NCBI RefSeq assembly: GCF_006345805.1
Contig: NC_043001.1
Coordinates: 118,358,001 to 118,422,000, forward strand
Direction: 5' to 3'
Length of the DNA stretch: 64,000 nt
DNA from: Octopus sinensis
Lineage: Eukaryota
The position numbers and the translations under genes were made by a program. Of the stretch, positions 1 through 13,482 are shown one piece after another (position 1 is the stretch's first letter; each line of letters starts with the position of its first letter). Below the pieces are notes generated by a model. The model was not told where the DNA came from. It saw nothing but the letters and a program-made list of their open reading frames with translations, and did not search any database.

Positions 1-535
1 TAGCTGGCCCTGTTCAATATGAAAGAAAGGTGTAGATAGGAATTCCATATGATGTACCCAGTGCAAGCTATGGTCACATAAGAGGTGCAATATGAAATAA
101 TAGGAAGGTTATCAGAGAAAGTAGTGTTTGTATGTGGAAGATGTACAGGAGCCATAAAAACTATAGATACTTGGAAAATCCTTTTTCTCAAATATCTCAG
201 AGGCTCTTTAGAAGTAGTGAATAATTTCTGCTTCCTGGGGACCTAATTGGCAGTGAGGAGAATGTATAATCAGAATAAGAATAGGTTAGCGAAATTCAGA
301 GAGCTTTTACCTCTGTTGGCAACTAAAGGTCACTCATTGAGTAAAAGGAAGATTGTATGATGTATGTATATGAATAGCAATGCTACATGGTAGTGAGACA
401 TGGGCCCTGAATACAGAGGACATGTGATGACTAGAGAGGAATGCAACTAGTATGTTCTGCTGGGTGTGCAATGTCAGTGTACATGTGTGACAGAGAGCAA
501 ATGTATTGAGAGAAAAGTTAGGCGTAAGGGAAATT
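1..535 (+). mobile_element. Degenerate RTE-clade LINE fragment (post-RT region)
   Basis: Decayed homology to the RTE frame at 22372-22722 (LEVV..FC.LGD, FRELLPLL, LHGSETW). Confidence 0.8.
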
Positions 536-1064
536 CATGCAAGGCCCTAATTCACTGCTTTGCTCATGAACCTACCATAGTGTAAAAAACACTGTAAGGA
601 CACCACCATGTACACATCCATAGTTAACCATAGATAGCATTTGAATGGCTTTTTAGCTGCTAAGAACAGTTGATTCCTTATGATGATAATGATGATGATG
701 TTTATAATGATGATGTTTATGATGATGATGTTTATGATGGTGATAGTAATAGTGATAATCAATTCTGCTGTTCTTGTGATGATAAATCAGAAATACATAT
801 GCATAGATAATATATAATTAATTCACACATACACACACACACCACACACACACAAAGACTTGCAAATAAACCTAGAAATAATAGGATCTTCGCAGAAAAT
901 ATAAAAGAAACTGAGGTGCATTCTTCAAATCCAATCTGTTAGGAGCACAGTGAGAAATTTATAAGACATTCCAAAGAGTCTTCATCTGAGGTTCTTTAAA
1001 TAACTGTGTGCACACCTATAGGTGTGTGTGTTTACAAAGACACATATGTAAAAAGCAATCAAGT

Positions 1065-1139
1065 ACACACACACACACACACACACACTCATTCACATAC
1101 ACACACACATGCACGCACTCACACACACACACGTGCACA

Positions 1140-1185
<46 letters not shown>
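1065..1185. repeat. (CA)n microsatellite
   Basis: Visible dinucleotide run. Confidence 0.95.
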
Positions 1186-1187
<2 letters not shown>

Positions 1188-1338
1188 AGTACTGAAGAGA
1201 CATATTCACATAGAACATAAGTCCAGGTGTGTACACTTACATATATGCACACATTTAATCAATAACATATTTACAAATCCTAGGAATTGCAATAACTTAA
1301 AAAGTTCTGTCACTTTGTTCGCAATCAGTTTCAACTCA

Positions 1339-2162
1339 ATGTGGCGAGAATGGATGAAGATAGTTGTGTGAAAAAGTGCCACACCCTAGCGGTTGAGGGA
1401 ACCTGTGGAAGAGGCAGACCCAGGAAAACCTGGGACGAGGTGGTGAAGCACGACCTTCGAACTTTAGGTCTCACTGAGGAAATGACTAGAGACCGAAACC
1501 TCTGGAAGTGTGCTGTGCGCGAGAAGACCCGGCAGGACAAGTGAGTCCATAACCCGTGGCCTTCTACATGGGATGGAGCCAGCCTACGTATGCATACCTT
1601 CCCTTCTTGGGACACAAAACTCTACTTGTGAAGACGTGTTGAGGCAAGTGAGGATCAGAATCGAAATCGATCAATGGAAATTGCGGATGTGTTACCAGTG
1701 CCGGTGGCATGTCGAAACTCTACTTGTGAAGACCCGTTGAGGCAAGTGAGGATCAGAATCGAAATCGATCAATGGAAATCGATCAATGGAAATTGCAGAT
1801 GTGTTACCAGTGCCGGTGGCATGTAAGAGAACTTTCCGTTTCGCGACCGTTGCCAGCACCGCCCCGTTTCGTGTCCGTTGCCAGCCTCGCCTGGCCCTCG
1901 TGCCGGTGGCACATAAAAAGTACCATCCGTTCGTGGCCGTTTGCCAGCTCTGTCTGGCACCAGTGCGGGTGGCACGTAAAAAGCACCCACTACACTTACA
2001 GAGTGGTTGGCGTTAGGAAGGGCATCCAGCCATAGAAACACTGCCAGATTTGACTGGGCCTGATGAAGCCTTCTGGCTTCACAGACCCCAGTAGAACCGT
2101 CCAACCCATGCTAGCATGGAAAACAGACGCTTAAACGATGATGATGATGATGATGATGATGA
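1339..2162 (+). mobile_element. 5'-truncated young RTE LINE with ORF end, 3'UTR and (GAT)n tail
   Basis: ORF end GRGRPRKTWDEVVKHDLRTLGLTEEMTRDRNLWK to TGA at 1544. ~100 bp tandem duplication at 1617-1820. Ends catggaaa...ttaaacgatgatgat. Confidence 0.9.
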
Positions 2163-2398
2163 AGAACTTAAATAAATCTTACCAAAAAAAGTATGTATGT
2201 ATGTTTTTATGTTTTTATGTATGCATGCATGTACTTAGATATGTATAGACACATGACCTATCTTGCAGAGTTCATATTTAATACAAAATCTAAGGTTCTA
2301 GTAAGAATTAAAAATCCAACCAAACTTTATTAAGGAAATAGATAGGAATATCATTTCAGAACATATAAAGCACTTCAGTTTGTAATGTTAGATGGAAA

Positions 2399-2600
2399 TC
2401 ATCATCATTATCATAACATCTGTTTTCCGTACTGGTATGGATTGGACAATTTCACAGGACCCAGTGAGTCACAGGGCTGTGCCAAGCTCCAGCGTTAGCA
2501 TGGTTTCTAAGGCTGGATTTTCTACCTAATGGCAACCACATCACAGTGTGTGTTGGGTGCCTCTTTCATGCTCCTAGCTCTAGGGAGGTTGCCAAGTAAC
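2399..2600 (-). mobile_element. Old RTE 3'-end fragment
   Basis: (CAT)n followed by the decayed reverse complement of the RTE 3' terminus. Confidence 0.6.
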
Positions 2601-2790
2601 TTGCAAGACAGAAAAAGAAATCTATTAAACAAAATTAATGATGATATATTTGAATACAAACAAATTTATTTGGACTTTCAATTATTATGGAACATGAAGA
2701 AATTATAATCACGACCATGATGATATAACATAGGGACAATATAGCATTACTATTGATAGTATATGAACATGTATGTGTGTGTGTGTATGT

Positions 2791-2821
<31 letters not shown>

Positions 2822-3121
2822 CCATGCACATAAAAAGTGACATTCGAGCATGATCATTGCCAGTGTTGCCTGACTTGCTCCTGTGCTGGTGGCATGTAAA
2901 AAGCACTATTTGAGTGAGGTTGATGCCAGTACCACTTGACTGGCCCTCATGCCGGTGGCATGTAAAAAGTACCCACTACACTCTCAGAGTCCTTGGCATT
3001 AGGAAGGGCATCCAGCTTTAGAAACTCTGGTGCAGCCTTCTGGCTCGCCACCCCTCAGTCAAACCATCTAACCCATGCCAGCATGGAAAGTGGACGTTAA
3101 ACGACGATGATGATGATGATA
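2822..3121 (+). mobile_element. RTE 3'UTR fragment with (GAT)n tail
   Basis: ggtggcatgtaaaaag modules; ends gcatggaaagtggacgttaaacgacgatgatgat. Confidence 0.85.
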
Positions 3122-3805
3122 TATATATATTAATGCTAGCTGAGTAGCCCATCATTGTCAGATAATTTTCACAATAGAATGCTTTTATTTCATTTTTGTT
3201 TTTAGAGAGACAAATAGAGAGAGGGGATATTTCTGTTGTTATCACAGATTTTAAATTTTAAAATCAAGTCAAAATTTAAAATTTAATACATTGACGTCAT
3301 TTTTATGTTGAATCTGATTTTGTGATTCACATATTCTAGAAAATGCTACAAATGTTTAAAGTTTGATCATTTTTACCCCATCAGGATTTGGAAGCATTTT
3401 CTGTGTGATAGCTGCTTATCACAAAATAAAAGCAAATACATTACAGCAATGAAGTTCTAAACAAAATGAAAGCAATTACATGTCATATCAAAAGAGAGAG
3501 GAAAAAGCAGCATACTTGGGAGAGATACATATACAAAGAAAAAGAGAGAGTGTAGTAAATTTATATAACAGGAGCAGGAAAGCATAAAAGACAGAGAGAG
3601 AGAGGCAGGTAGACAGGTATAACAGATAGAGAAGAGATTTAGTGATCTAAAAGTTAAGTTACTTCTCATAACAAATTATATTTTTTGACTATTTACCAAA
3701 AATCTTTGCCTTGGGATGCAGATTTCGAAACAAATCCATTTTTCTTGAGGATGCACCATTTCAGAGCCTTTCAGGGTAATACACTCATACATGTACTATC
3801 ATCAG

Positions 3806-3818
3806 TATATATATATAT

Positions 3819-3912
<94 letters not shown>
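3806..3912. repeat. (TA)n microsatellite
   Basis: Visible run. Confidence 0.95.
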
Positions 3913-3914
<2 letters not shown>

Positions 3915-4712
3915 ATGAGAAGAGATGATGCATAAAACATCAAAAACTATATATCCACTATAATAAACAGTGGAAGAAGCTTGCATACATAGTCATAATT
4001 GGCTAAAACTATGCATAACAACAACAACACATATTTAAAATAAAATGCAGAGGAGCATAAATTTCATAGATATATCATAATTTGATTACTTTCAACAGCT
4101 GTTTCATCAGGAATAAGTATAATTAAAGCTATGATTTTGGAATTAAGATACATGATTGATGAAAAATTAATTTAAATTGAATTAGTTAAGTAATGCTTAT
4201 TCCAAATCATCAGGAATACTACTAGTTACACTAGCCATAAACCATTGTTGGTTTAAATACAAGCAAGGCAGAGTATACAAGTGAGACTATATATAGGTAT
4301 ATTTGTGTGGCTGGTATGTTTGTTTATGGTGTCTACACATGCACATACATATATATATATGGTAAGTTTACATTAAAGCTTGTAAGGGAAATATATATTA
4401 ATGGATATGTAGTGTTTTTATTAACTTTTGAATTATGAAATAATGTATTACACTCATAGTTATATTATTTATTAAATTAAATTCGATCGTGTTTTGTTTT
4501 AGAGAAAATTGAAATAAAGCTTTCACTTTTCTTTTTATTATAGTAGTAACTATGGAAAACTGATGTATAGACTTTGAGATTGGTTGCTATTTAGTATATA
4601 ATTTAGTTATTGTAAGTTTACTATTTTAATACTGATACAGATGTACATAGATTTATGTGTTTCTTTATTGTAACATCAAATATATTCAATATCACAATGG
4701 CTATTATATTAC

Positions 4713-4755
<43 letters not shown>

Positions 4756-4867
4756 ACATACCAAAGAAAAGAAATCCTTCAAAGGGGTATATCAAACCTT
4801 CAATCATCCAATTCACTGTTACTTCCATTGAATATCATATAAATGTTGGTATAATTCAATAATAAAG

Positions 4868-6655
4868 ATAAATTATAAATAGAGATATTCTATTAACAGT
4901 CAATAATTTATTTATATTACAATATTACATTAAATACTATGAATATAATATATAACATAATATTATATAAATAATTATAAAAACTGTCAAAGGCCAACAA
5001 ATTGTTTTGACTTATTTATACTTTTTCTGATATATTGGGTCGGCAACTAAGTTCCTGCTGTTTTTTTTTCTTAATTTTGGAATTTATTGCGTTTTTAAAT
5101 TTTGGAATCTGTTTTTTTCGAGAATTCTATTTTTGAATCATTTTGGAATCTATTTTGATTTTTTTCTAGTTAATTTTAGTTAATTTTTGTTTATTTTCAG
5201 ATCATTAAAATGGCATGTCAAGTTAAGAAAAACAAGCATTTTTGACACCTCCTTCTTTTTGCTTTTAATCAAGGTTCTAAGGCCGCAAAAGCTGCTCGCG
5301 ACATTTGTGCTGTGTATGGAGAGGGTGTCATAGCTGAAAGAACCACTCGTGATTGGTATGCCAAGTTCAAAAATGGAAATTTTGACCTCAAAGATGCACC
5401 TCATTCTGGCCATCCCGTTGAGTTCGATGAAGAGTGATTAAACCAACCTTTGCACAAAAATTCTCGTCAAACGACAAGGGAACTGGCAGAGAAAATGGAA
5501 TTCTCCCACACTGCTATAGAGAAGCATCTTCACTCGATGGAAAAGGTTCAGAAGTATGGAGCTTGGGATCTGCATGCTTTAAGTGACAAAAACAAAAATC
5601 AACGAGCCACAATCTCCGCTGGTTTGCTTGCTCGTCACCGCTCAACTCATGAACATGAGCAACGATTTCTTTACCAAATCATTACTGGCAAAAAAAATGG
5701 TGCCTGTACATCAATATGAAGCAGCGTAAGGAATGGCTTAGCCCCGGTAAACAAGCGACACCGCGCGTGAAACAAGATCTTCATCCGCGTAAAACGATGT
5801 TGTGCGTATGGTGGGACTGGGAAGGGATTATCCATTACGAATTGCTTGAACAGAATCAAACGGTCAACGCGGAACTCTATGTTCAACAGATGGAACAACT
5901 CAATACGACTATTCAAGAGAAAAGACCCAATCAGCAGCATGGAATTCTTCTGCTGCATGACAACGCCCGCCCTCATATCGACAATATCACCAAGGAAGCC
6001 ATTCAAACGCATGGCTGAGAAGTGCTGCCACACCCGCCATACTCTCCTGATTTGGCACCAATGGATTTCCACCTTTTTCGATCTCTTTCAAATGCTATAC
6101 GCGGTGTTTGATTCAATACTGATGCAAAATTGAGAGCTTGGTTGGATCAATTTTTCGAGTCGAAATCGGGTGATTTCTACCAACGAGGTATTGAAAATCT
6201 TGTTGAACGTTGGGAAGAAGTTGTAAACAACAAAGGTGAATATATTATTGATTAATTATTTACTAATTTTTATTAAACCTTTTAAAAAATTAAATAAAAA
6301 AAAACGGCAGGAACTTAGTTGCCAACTCAATACATAATCACAGTTCCATTATATATATGTTACTTCAGGTCCATTGGTTCAAAAAGACAAAATTCCGTCT
6401 GAATCCAGCCATCCTTCAGGACGGAATTTTGTCTTTCTGAACCAATGGAATCTGAAGTGACTTATATATAATGGAACTGTGATTATGTATATCAGAAAAA
6501 ATATATATAAGTTGAAACAATTTGTTGGCCTTTTATGGTTTTTATAATTATTTATATAATATTATGTTATATATTATATTCATAATATTTAATGTAATAT
6601 TGTAATATAAATAAATTATTGACTGTTAATAGAATATCTCTATATTTAATTTATA
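4868..6655. repeat. Foldback/palindromic element (~240 bp arms, 11-nt loop at 6404-6414) interrupted by the mariner
   Basis: 4868-5034 plus 6333-6403 is the reverse complement of 6415-6655. Confidence 0.9.
5035..6330 (+). mobile_element. Full-length mariner (D,D34D) with disabled transposase (ATG 5210 to TAA ~6255)
   Basis: TIRs ttgggtcggcaactaagttcctgctgtttt / aaaacggcaggaacttagttgccaactcaa; TA TSD at 5033-34 and 6331-32. Motifs MLCVWWD, HDNARPH, HPPYSPDLAPMDF with 34 residues between D2 and D3. At least 4 stops and a frameshift that removes the first catalytic D. Confidence 0.95.
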
Positions 6656-7364
6656 TATATATATATATATATATCCAATGATTCTTACTTTATTAATTTC
6701 TTCCAAAATGTATCCACTCTACATGAAAAAACTTTCTTAACAGTGAAAATGAAGTCTAAAGCTGTATGAACAACTTCTGTTTTCCCTCATCACCACTCCA
6801 TAACCCATGACAAAAAAAATATGTTTTAGATATCCTTTGAATATTTTGTAAAGCACTGGAAACATTGTACTTGTAAAAGGTTAATAAAAATACTTTTTAT
6901 AGAACTTGTTTTCTGTGCCAGTTGTGGAAAATTTTTTTAATGTATTACATGTGTTCATTCTTAATTTTTTTTTTTTTCACTCTCTTGGTTATGTTTCTGC
7001 TTTCACAAAAGATAGGACTGATAAAAACAGGTTGGAGAGAAATATATTTGTTAGAAAGAAATATCATACACAAAGCATTAAGCTTCTCATCTTTCTCACA
7101 GCAAAATATTCAATTTATTTTTGCTATCTTTATATATTTATTTATTCATTCATTCATATATTTATGTATTTTCTGATAGTTTAGTCAAAGGGAGAAAGGC
7201 AGTCTCTAATATTCTTTCAAGAGTCTCCAAGATTGGTTGAAGGAATGGATAATGCCTTTCCTTGACCAGAGACTTAGCTCCAATACTTGCAACAGAGTGG
7301 ACTTAGCCAAAGGTACCCAAGAGTCAGATGGTGGTGTTAAACCAGGCAACAAATCAAAAGAACA

Positions 7365-7495
7365 GAAACAGTTTCCAGTAATCAGATTTTACTCACAAAA
7401 CTTTGGTTGACCCAAGACTATGGCAGAAGATATTTGCCTAAGATGCCACACAGTGGGATTGAACATGAAATCACATACTTCTTAGCCCACAGCTA
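7365..7495 (-). mobile_element. Degenerate tRNA-derived SINE
   Basis: Homologous to the intact copy at 25686-25850. Confidence 0.7.
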
Positions 7496-7532
7496 TGTTT
7501 ATTAATACAGAACATCAGTTTTTCCTGAGAGT

Positions 7533-7573
<41 letters not shown>

Positions 7574-8070
7574 CAGCAATACCCAGCTGGTACTCATTTA
7601 CATTTGAGTAGACATGAGCAACAGGAAATAAAGTGCATTGCTCATGGTCTAATGCATCTCCTGACCTGGGAAATGAACTTATGACATTATGAGCGTAAGT
7701 TAAACATTCTAACCACTTGATCATACACATTTACATGAGATTATAATGAACGAAATATTTCTAATAACAAACTAAAACTCACAATATTTGTCCCCACTTG
7801 AATGTGTATGTCCTGTTAGAACAAACTATAATGCCATAGAGAAACTCTTATACTGGATTTTGGGAGATTGCACATGGAGCTGCAGAGGAGACATTTGTCT
7901 TTGACCAAAGCCAGGCAGGAACTAAGCTGTTTCTACAGTGTAGCTCAGAACCAGGCTACTGTATCAAAGCCAGGCTAGATGCCTCATTGACATATTCGTC
8001 TACTGTGAAGGTTCACTCACATATTACTAATGTAATATATAGCTCTGCTACACACTTTTTTTTTATATCA

Positions 8071-8595
8071 TTAGCAGAGAGATAAATCTCTGCTATCTCC
8101 AGTGCTGAGGCCACCAGATCACATATTTTCAACTTACCTTGGTCTTGTTATTGATGACTGTTTGATTGCTAGAAGTAGCAGTAACTCATCTGCCTGCCAG
8201 CAATATATAGGAAAACAGTGCCAGAACAGGTGCTGGTATCATAATTAGCCAGAGAATTTGTTAAAAATATATATGTTATTGGCAGAGGGAGCATTAGTAC
8301 TGAGATGTAATATTTATCCCCACTTAAGTATGGATGCTTTGCTAGAACAAACTATATTGTGGTAGATATCATGAGAGAAACTTTCATATACGACCTCTGT
8401 CACTAATATATATTTTTTAACAAGCTCACCAGCATCTGTTCTGGCACTGTTTTTCCATATATTGCTGGCAAGGAGTTGAGTTGCTGCTATCTCTAGCAGT
8501 TGAGTGGCCATCATTGACAAGACCAAGGAAAGTCAAAATCACATGATCTGGTAGGCTCAGTGTTGGAGATCGCAGGGATTTTATCTCCCCACTAA
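8071..8595. repeat. Old foldback element (arms 8071-8287 and 8394-8595)
   Basis: Arms align as reverse complements, e.g. gccagcaatatataggaaaacagtgccagaacag. Spacer recurs inverted at ~8635-8708 and direct at ~7790-7850. Confidence 0.8.
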
Positions 8596-9182
8596 TTATA
8601 CAAGCAACAGCGCATGTTGCACCAAAAGCTAATATGAGGGTTTCTCTCATGGTATCTATTGCAGTATAGTTTGTTCTAATAGAACATCTACGTTTAAGTG
8701 GGGATAAATTTAACCTCTTGGTATTAATACTGCCTCTATTGCTAACATATATTTTTAATAAAATCTCAGAATATACAATACAAGTACAAGGCAAAACAAT
8801 ATAGACAATAGAGATACAACAATAGATAATATAGATACAAGATAAGGCCATACAATATAAACAGAACATAAAGCCACACAAAACTTTACCCTTGGCAGAA
8901 AAATATATTATGTAAATATCCACAGTAGAATGGGTGTAATTGTTTGTTTTGGCACAATACATCAAAGTGTGAATTAATATTTGTCAGTGATGTTCTTAAG
9001 GGAATTTCTATTGCTTTTATTGGTGTATAGTATTTTGTCTTCACTGCCATTAAAGTGGAAAAGGTAAATTCACATAGATAAACAAAGAGAAAAGACAGAA
9101 GAGTTGCCATTGCTAATTCAGATAGTATTGGAAATTGATTCCATATTCAGCCAGAAAGTACTTAAGTTTGTTAATGAATATA

Positions 9183-10493
9183 TTGGTTCATCCCATAAAT
9201 AATTTGGTTTTTTATACTTCTTTTATTTTTCAATGCTCTTCCATCTATCAGGTAGACTTGCAAGGCCACTCTTCCAAAATTCATTTGCCAATGATGAAAA
9301 ATACTCCTCCAGTTCTGTTCTGACCATGTCTACAGGATTCATATTTTTTCCATCCAAATGATTTTGAAAACTGCAGAATAAATGATAATCAGATGGGGCA
9401 ATGTCTGGTGAATGTGGTGGGTGGGGCATTGTTCCCCATTTAAACTGCTCCAGCCTTTGGAATGTCATCCTTGCTGTATGTGACTGAGCATTATCCTGAT
9501 GGAAGAACACCAATAAAAGCAATAGAAATTCATTTAAGAACATCACTGACAAATATCAATTCACACTTTGATGTGTTGTGCCAGAACAAACAATTACACC
9601 CATCTTACTGTGGATATTTACATAATATATTTTTTATCTTGAAACCAAAGATGGCTGTTTCTTCTAGTACTGATTTAGGCCACTCAAGCTGCTTGCAGTA
9701 GATCTCCTTTGATATCATTTGGTTTGGGTTTAAAAGTTCAAAGTGGACTAAACCTTTCATATCCCACCAAACAGACAACACCTTACGAGGGTGAAGACCA
9801 TCTTTAGCCTAGGGTGCTAGCGTTTCTCCTTTCCCTGCTCACTGTCTTCAGTGCTTGACATTTTTATAGAGAATCCATTCCTCATCACCAGTCACTATTC
9901 AGTCCAAAACCGGTTCACTTGTGAGACATGACAGTAAAGAAGAGCAAACATTCACTCTCTGTGTGCAATTAGACTCGGAAAGTTTGTGAGGAACCCAATG
10001 ATGCAATTTGCTGACTTTTCCAGGAGCATGTAGGTGTTGATGAATGGTTGAATGACCAATCCAAGCTTCTCTGCTAGTTCCTCAACAGTTATAATGGGAT
10101 TTTTTTCCACTAGGGTTTGTATGATGTCCTTGTTGAGCTCTACAGATCTTCCAGGACAAGACTCGTCTTCTAGGCTGTACTTACCAGCTTGGAATATTTG
10201 GAACTGCCGTTGACACTGGCTTATTGTCCAATCCCCATATACTGCATTAATATTCCCTGCACTTTCTGTTGCTTTGTTGCCTTTATTGAACTCATAAAAC
10301 CAAATATGCTGAATATAGTCCTTTGTCGCTTCCATTATTGCTTTGAAAAAATAACTTCAAAACTTGCACTAAGAATAAGGACAAGGTAAAATTACTACCT
10401 GCTTTTATAGCAAGTTGATGCAGGTAGTTTATCCCCGCTCCAACTTTTAGTTCATGCAATTGAGAAAACTGCATTATTTATGGGATGACCCAA
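9183..10493 (-). mobile_element. Full-length degenerate mariner, second family
   Basis: TIRs ttgg(g/t)tcatcccataaataat with TA at 9181-82 and 10494-95. ATG at 10335; motifs FHQDNAQSH, HPPHSPDIAPSDYHLF. Carries a ~125 bp insertion at 9507-9635. Confidence 0.92.
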
Positions 10494-12041
10494 TAGAAGC
10501 TTCTGACTTGAATCTCATGACAGCACTGCAAATTTTTCTTGAGGCTTCAAGAAAAGATATTTCACCTGTTCCATTGCTACAATGAAAAAACTTTGGATAC
10601 AATTTAATTTATAATTATCTGCAGTAGAAATTATTTTGAGAACTGTTCTTCCTTACGTCAAAATGCTTAATTATGATTTATTTTAATTAAATTATTTTCA
10701 CAGATAAAAATAAGTTTATGAAAACATTTCAAATTCGTTATTTTGTTCTACATGGGTTTATTATTTATTTTTCATGAATGCTTCAATTTAACCTTTCAAA
10801 GTGAAAATGTTTGTGTTCTCAGCTTGCAGAGATATCGAATTTGCCTCTCAACTAGCATAATTTGCAAAGTCAATTCTCCTTATCAAAGAATTATGCAAGA
10901 CTAGTTATTTTCTCTTAAAAGCAACATTATTTATTTCCTTCTTTTATAGTTTACTAGTCATCCCAAAACTCAATATTTTGACAAGCATCACATTTCTACA
11001 AGTGAAAATTTGGTTCTTTATTATCGCATAGACCTGTGAATTAATGGCTATTCCGTGTATGAATGGGTGATAACTTTATTTTCTGTCTTTATTTCTATCT
11101 TTATTTTCTTTCTTTTTTTTTTAATACCGAAAAGGCTTTTCTTACCGTTTTGTGTAGTGCCAAAAAATTGGCCTAAATTTGTATGGATGGCAGGAAGGGT
11201 GTTGAAAAAAAATCATGAATTTTCAAAAAATCGTTTCATGGAAACTTTCCACTCCTCATCATTTTGAAGGCCATTGAGAAAAAGACAAAAAAATAAAATG
11301 GAAAAATATGTGTCGAAACAGAAAATTCAGCTTCTGTGGTCATCCTGTTGTTCAAGTTTGTTATAGGGAATTTCTGAAATACTTTTGTATTCCATTTTTA
11401 AAATCAAATAATTCAGGCTAAAGTTAAATATCATTTGATGATGGGATTTTTTCTTATTTCAGCTGCATAGGTTTTTCTGTAAATAATTTTGGTTATTCCA
11501 CCTGCCACAACTACACAAATATTCAAGCTGCAGACATGTTACACAAGCAAATCTTGGCCTCGCTTTTTTTTTTTTATTTTGAAAGAATACTAAAACCTTA
11601 GCAAATTCTTTTTTTTTTGAAAACACACTTGTTCGAGGAAAATACTTAAAAGTAATCTTCAGAAACCCCAAACTTAATTATAAGAACTGGGAAACCATTC
11701 AAAATTACCAGGCTAAAGGCAGATAGAATCATTTATAGAAAAAGTCTTCCTGTGATTTATTTCAAGGTTTTTTTTACATAAGAAACATGTCTTTTAATTT
11801 GACAGGCTTCATCCTGTCATTTGGCATATATCTATTACAAATTCTACAGACTAAGCAGTGCTCTTCATGCATAAGAAAAAAAGGAATTCCATATTGCAAA
11901 ATAAATTTGTTGTACTTCCTTTTTCCTGTTCAGCTCAGTTTCTGATTCATGTTATTGAATCTGGGTTGCATAGGAATTATCACTTTGGCATTATTTTTAT
12001 GCTTAGTATTTTTAACAAATTTAACCACTTATAAAAAAGTT

Positions 12042-12722
12042 GGTTAATGTTGACATTATTACCTGGAAACGAAATACAAAAAAAAAAAGGTGCAGAAAAC
12101 GAAATTGAAAAAAAAAGTGTAGAAAACGAATCTGAAAGCAAAAATGTGCAGAGAGCAATGGGGAGTGGGGGGGGGGGGCTTTGGAAAATTCACAAGATCC
12201 AATGTTTTTCCCTCATAACATCTAGGAAAATGTTTTTTTTTTTAATGAAATTTTATATAAATTCCTTTCAAATTACAATTATAAAGAAATTTGTGGTGAA
12301 AATCTTTTCTGAGAGGGTGGGGAGAGGACTTTGGAAAATTCACAAGATCCAAGTTTTTTCCCTCATAACTTTGAGGAAAATGGTTATCTTTCTACTTCAC
12401 ACCCACATAGGAAACATCGGATCTTGTGAATTTTCCAAAGTCCTATCCCCATCTCCTCAGAAAAGATTTTCACCACAAATTTCTTTATAATCATAATCTA
12501 TACTGTTTGAAAGGTATTTATATAAAATTTCATTAGGAAAAACCTATTTTACTAAAAGTGATGAAGGAAAAACATCAGATCCTGTGAATTTTCTGAAGGC
12601 CTCCCCCCCCCCCATTGCTCTCTGCACATTTTTGCTTTCAGATCCGTTTTCTACACCATTTTTCACACCCACTGCACTATTTTCTTTTTGATTGTTTCTG
12701 GGTAATAATGTCAAAATTAACC
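12042..12722. repeat. Foldback element (~310 bp arms) with internal direct repeats
   Basis: 12042-12360 is the reverse complement of 12411-12722. tttggaaaattcacaagatcc occurs twice per arm. Confidence 0.85.
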
Positions 12723-12886
12723 GAAATGTTTTCTTGTGGATAAAACATTCTAATAAAGAAAGCAAATACATATTAGTATTCACCATGGAAGTCTCCGCAG
12801 TTCTCAAATAACATGTAAGCTCCACCTCCAGGATATTGTGTGACATAGTTTGAGAAACTGGGACATAAATAACAATTATATTAATA

Positions 12887-13373
12887 ACTAGCTGACCCCG
12901 TGCTATCAAAAATGACGGCTAATTGCAGTATTTTATACATAAATAAGATACAAAGTAAGCTAACATAATAATCACAGATACAAACATTCACCTCCTTCCC
13001 TTGTACACACACACAGAGTTGAAATGCTGTTTGATTTTACTTTTCAGTGTTGAACGTTTACCATCCCATTTCTATTGCACACACACAGACACATACTCAC
13101 ACAGAGATGAAATGCTGATTTTTATTTTTTCACCCCTTCCTTTGTTATTCACCTATCACCCATTCCTTTCTCATTCATATGTTGTGATGGAGAAAAACAG
13201 AAGATACACAACGTGCTCTTTGCCACTTCCTCTCTCTCATTGCTATTACTTTTTCTCACTCCCTAACCCTCAGTCAGGTCTATTACTCTCACTACTTCTC
13301 CTTCACTGAGTTCGTATTTTCTCTCCTCTCCCTTCACTTATACTACTTTGTGTGATTTTGGACAAATATGTCT

Positions 13374-13426
<53 letters not shown>

Positions 13427-13435
13427 TTATCTACC

Positions 13436-13482
<47 letters not shown>

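Noticed and set aside
2067-2090. CTGATGA followed by a perfect hairpin (agcc ttct ggct)
   Set aside because: No GAAA or cleavage site follows; it is a variant of the RTE 3'UTR (cctggtgcagccttctggct in other copies).
3690-3800. Short open frames on both strands beside (TA)n
   Set aside because: Weak splice signals and no recognisable protein.
4085-4115. Minus-strand CUGAUGA-AAC agcu GUU-GAAA hammerhead-like core
   Set aside because: Stem I cannot pair and stem III lacks the C-G pair; chance or a dead relic.
7838-8073. ~77-codon stop-free frame on + (YTGFWEIAHGAAEETF...)
   Set aside because: No ATG, no recognised homology, internal repeats, and it lies within the nested inverted-repeat structure.
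11050-12040. Possible decayed coding relic
   Set aside because: All frames are interrupted and no motif was recognised.
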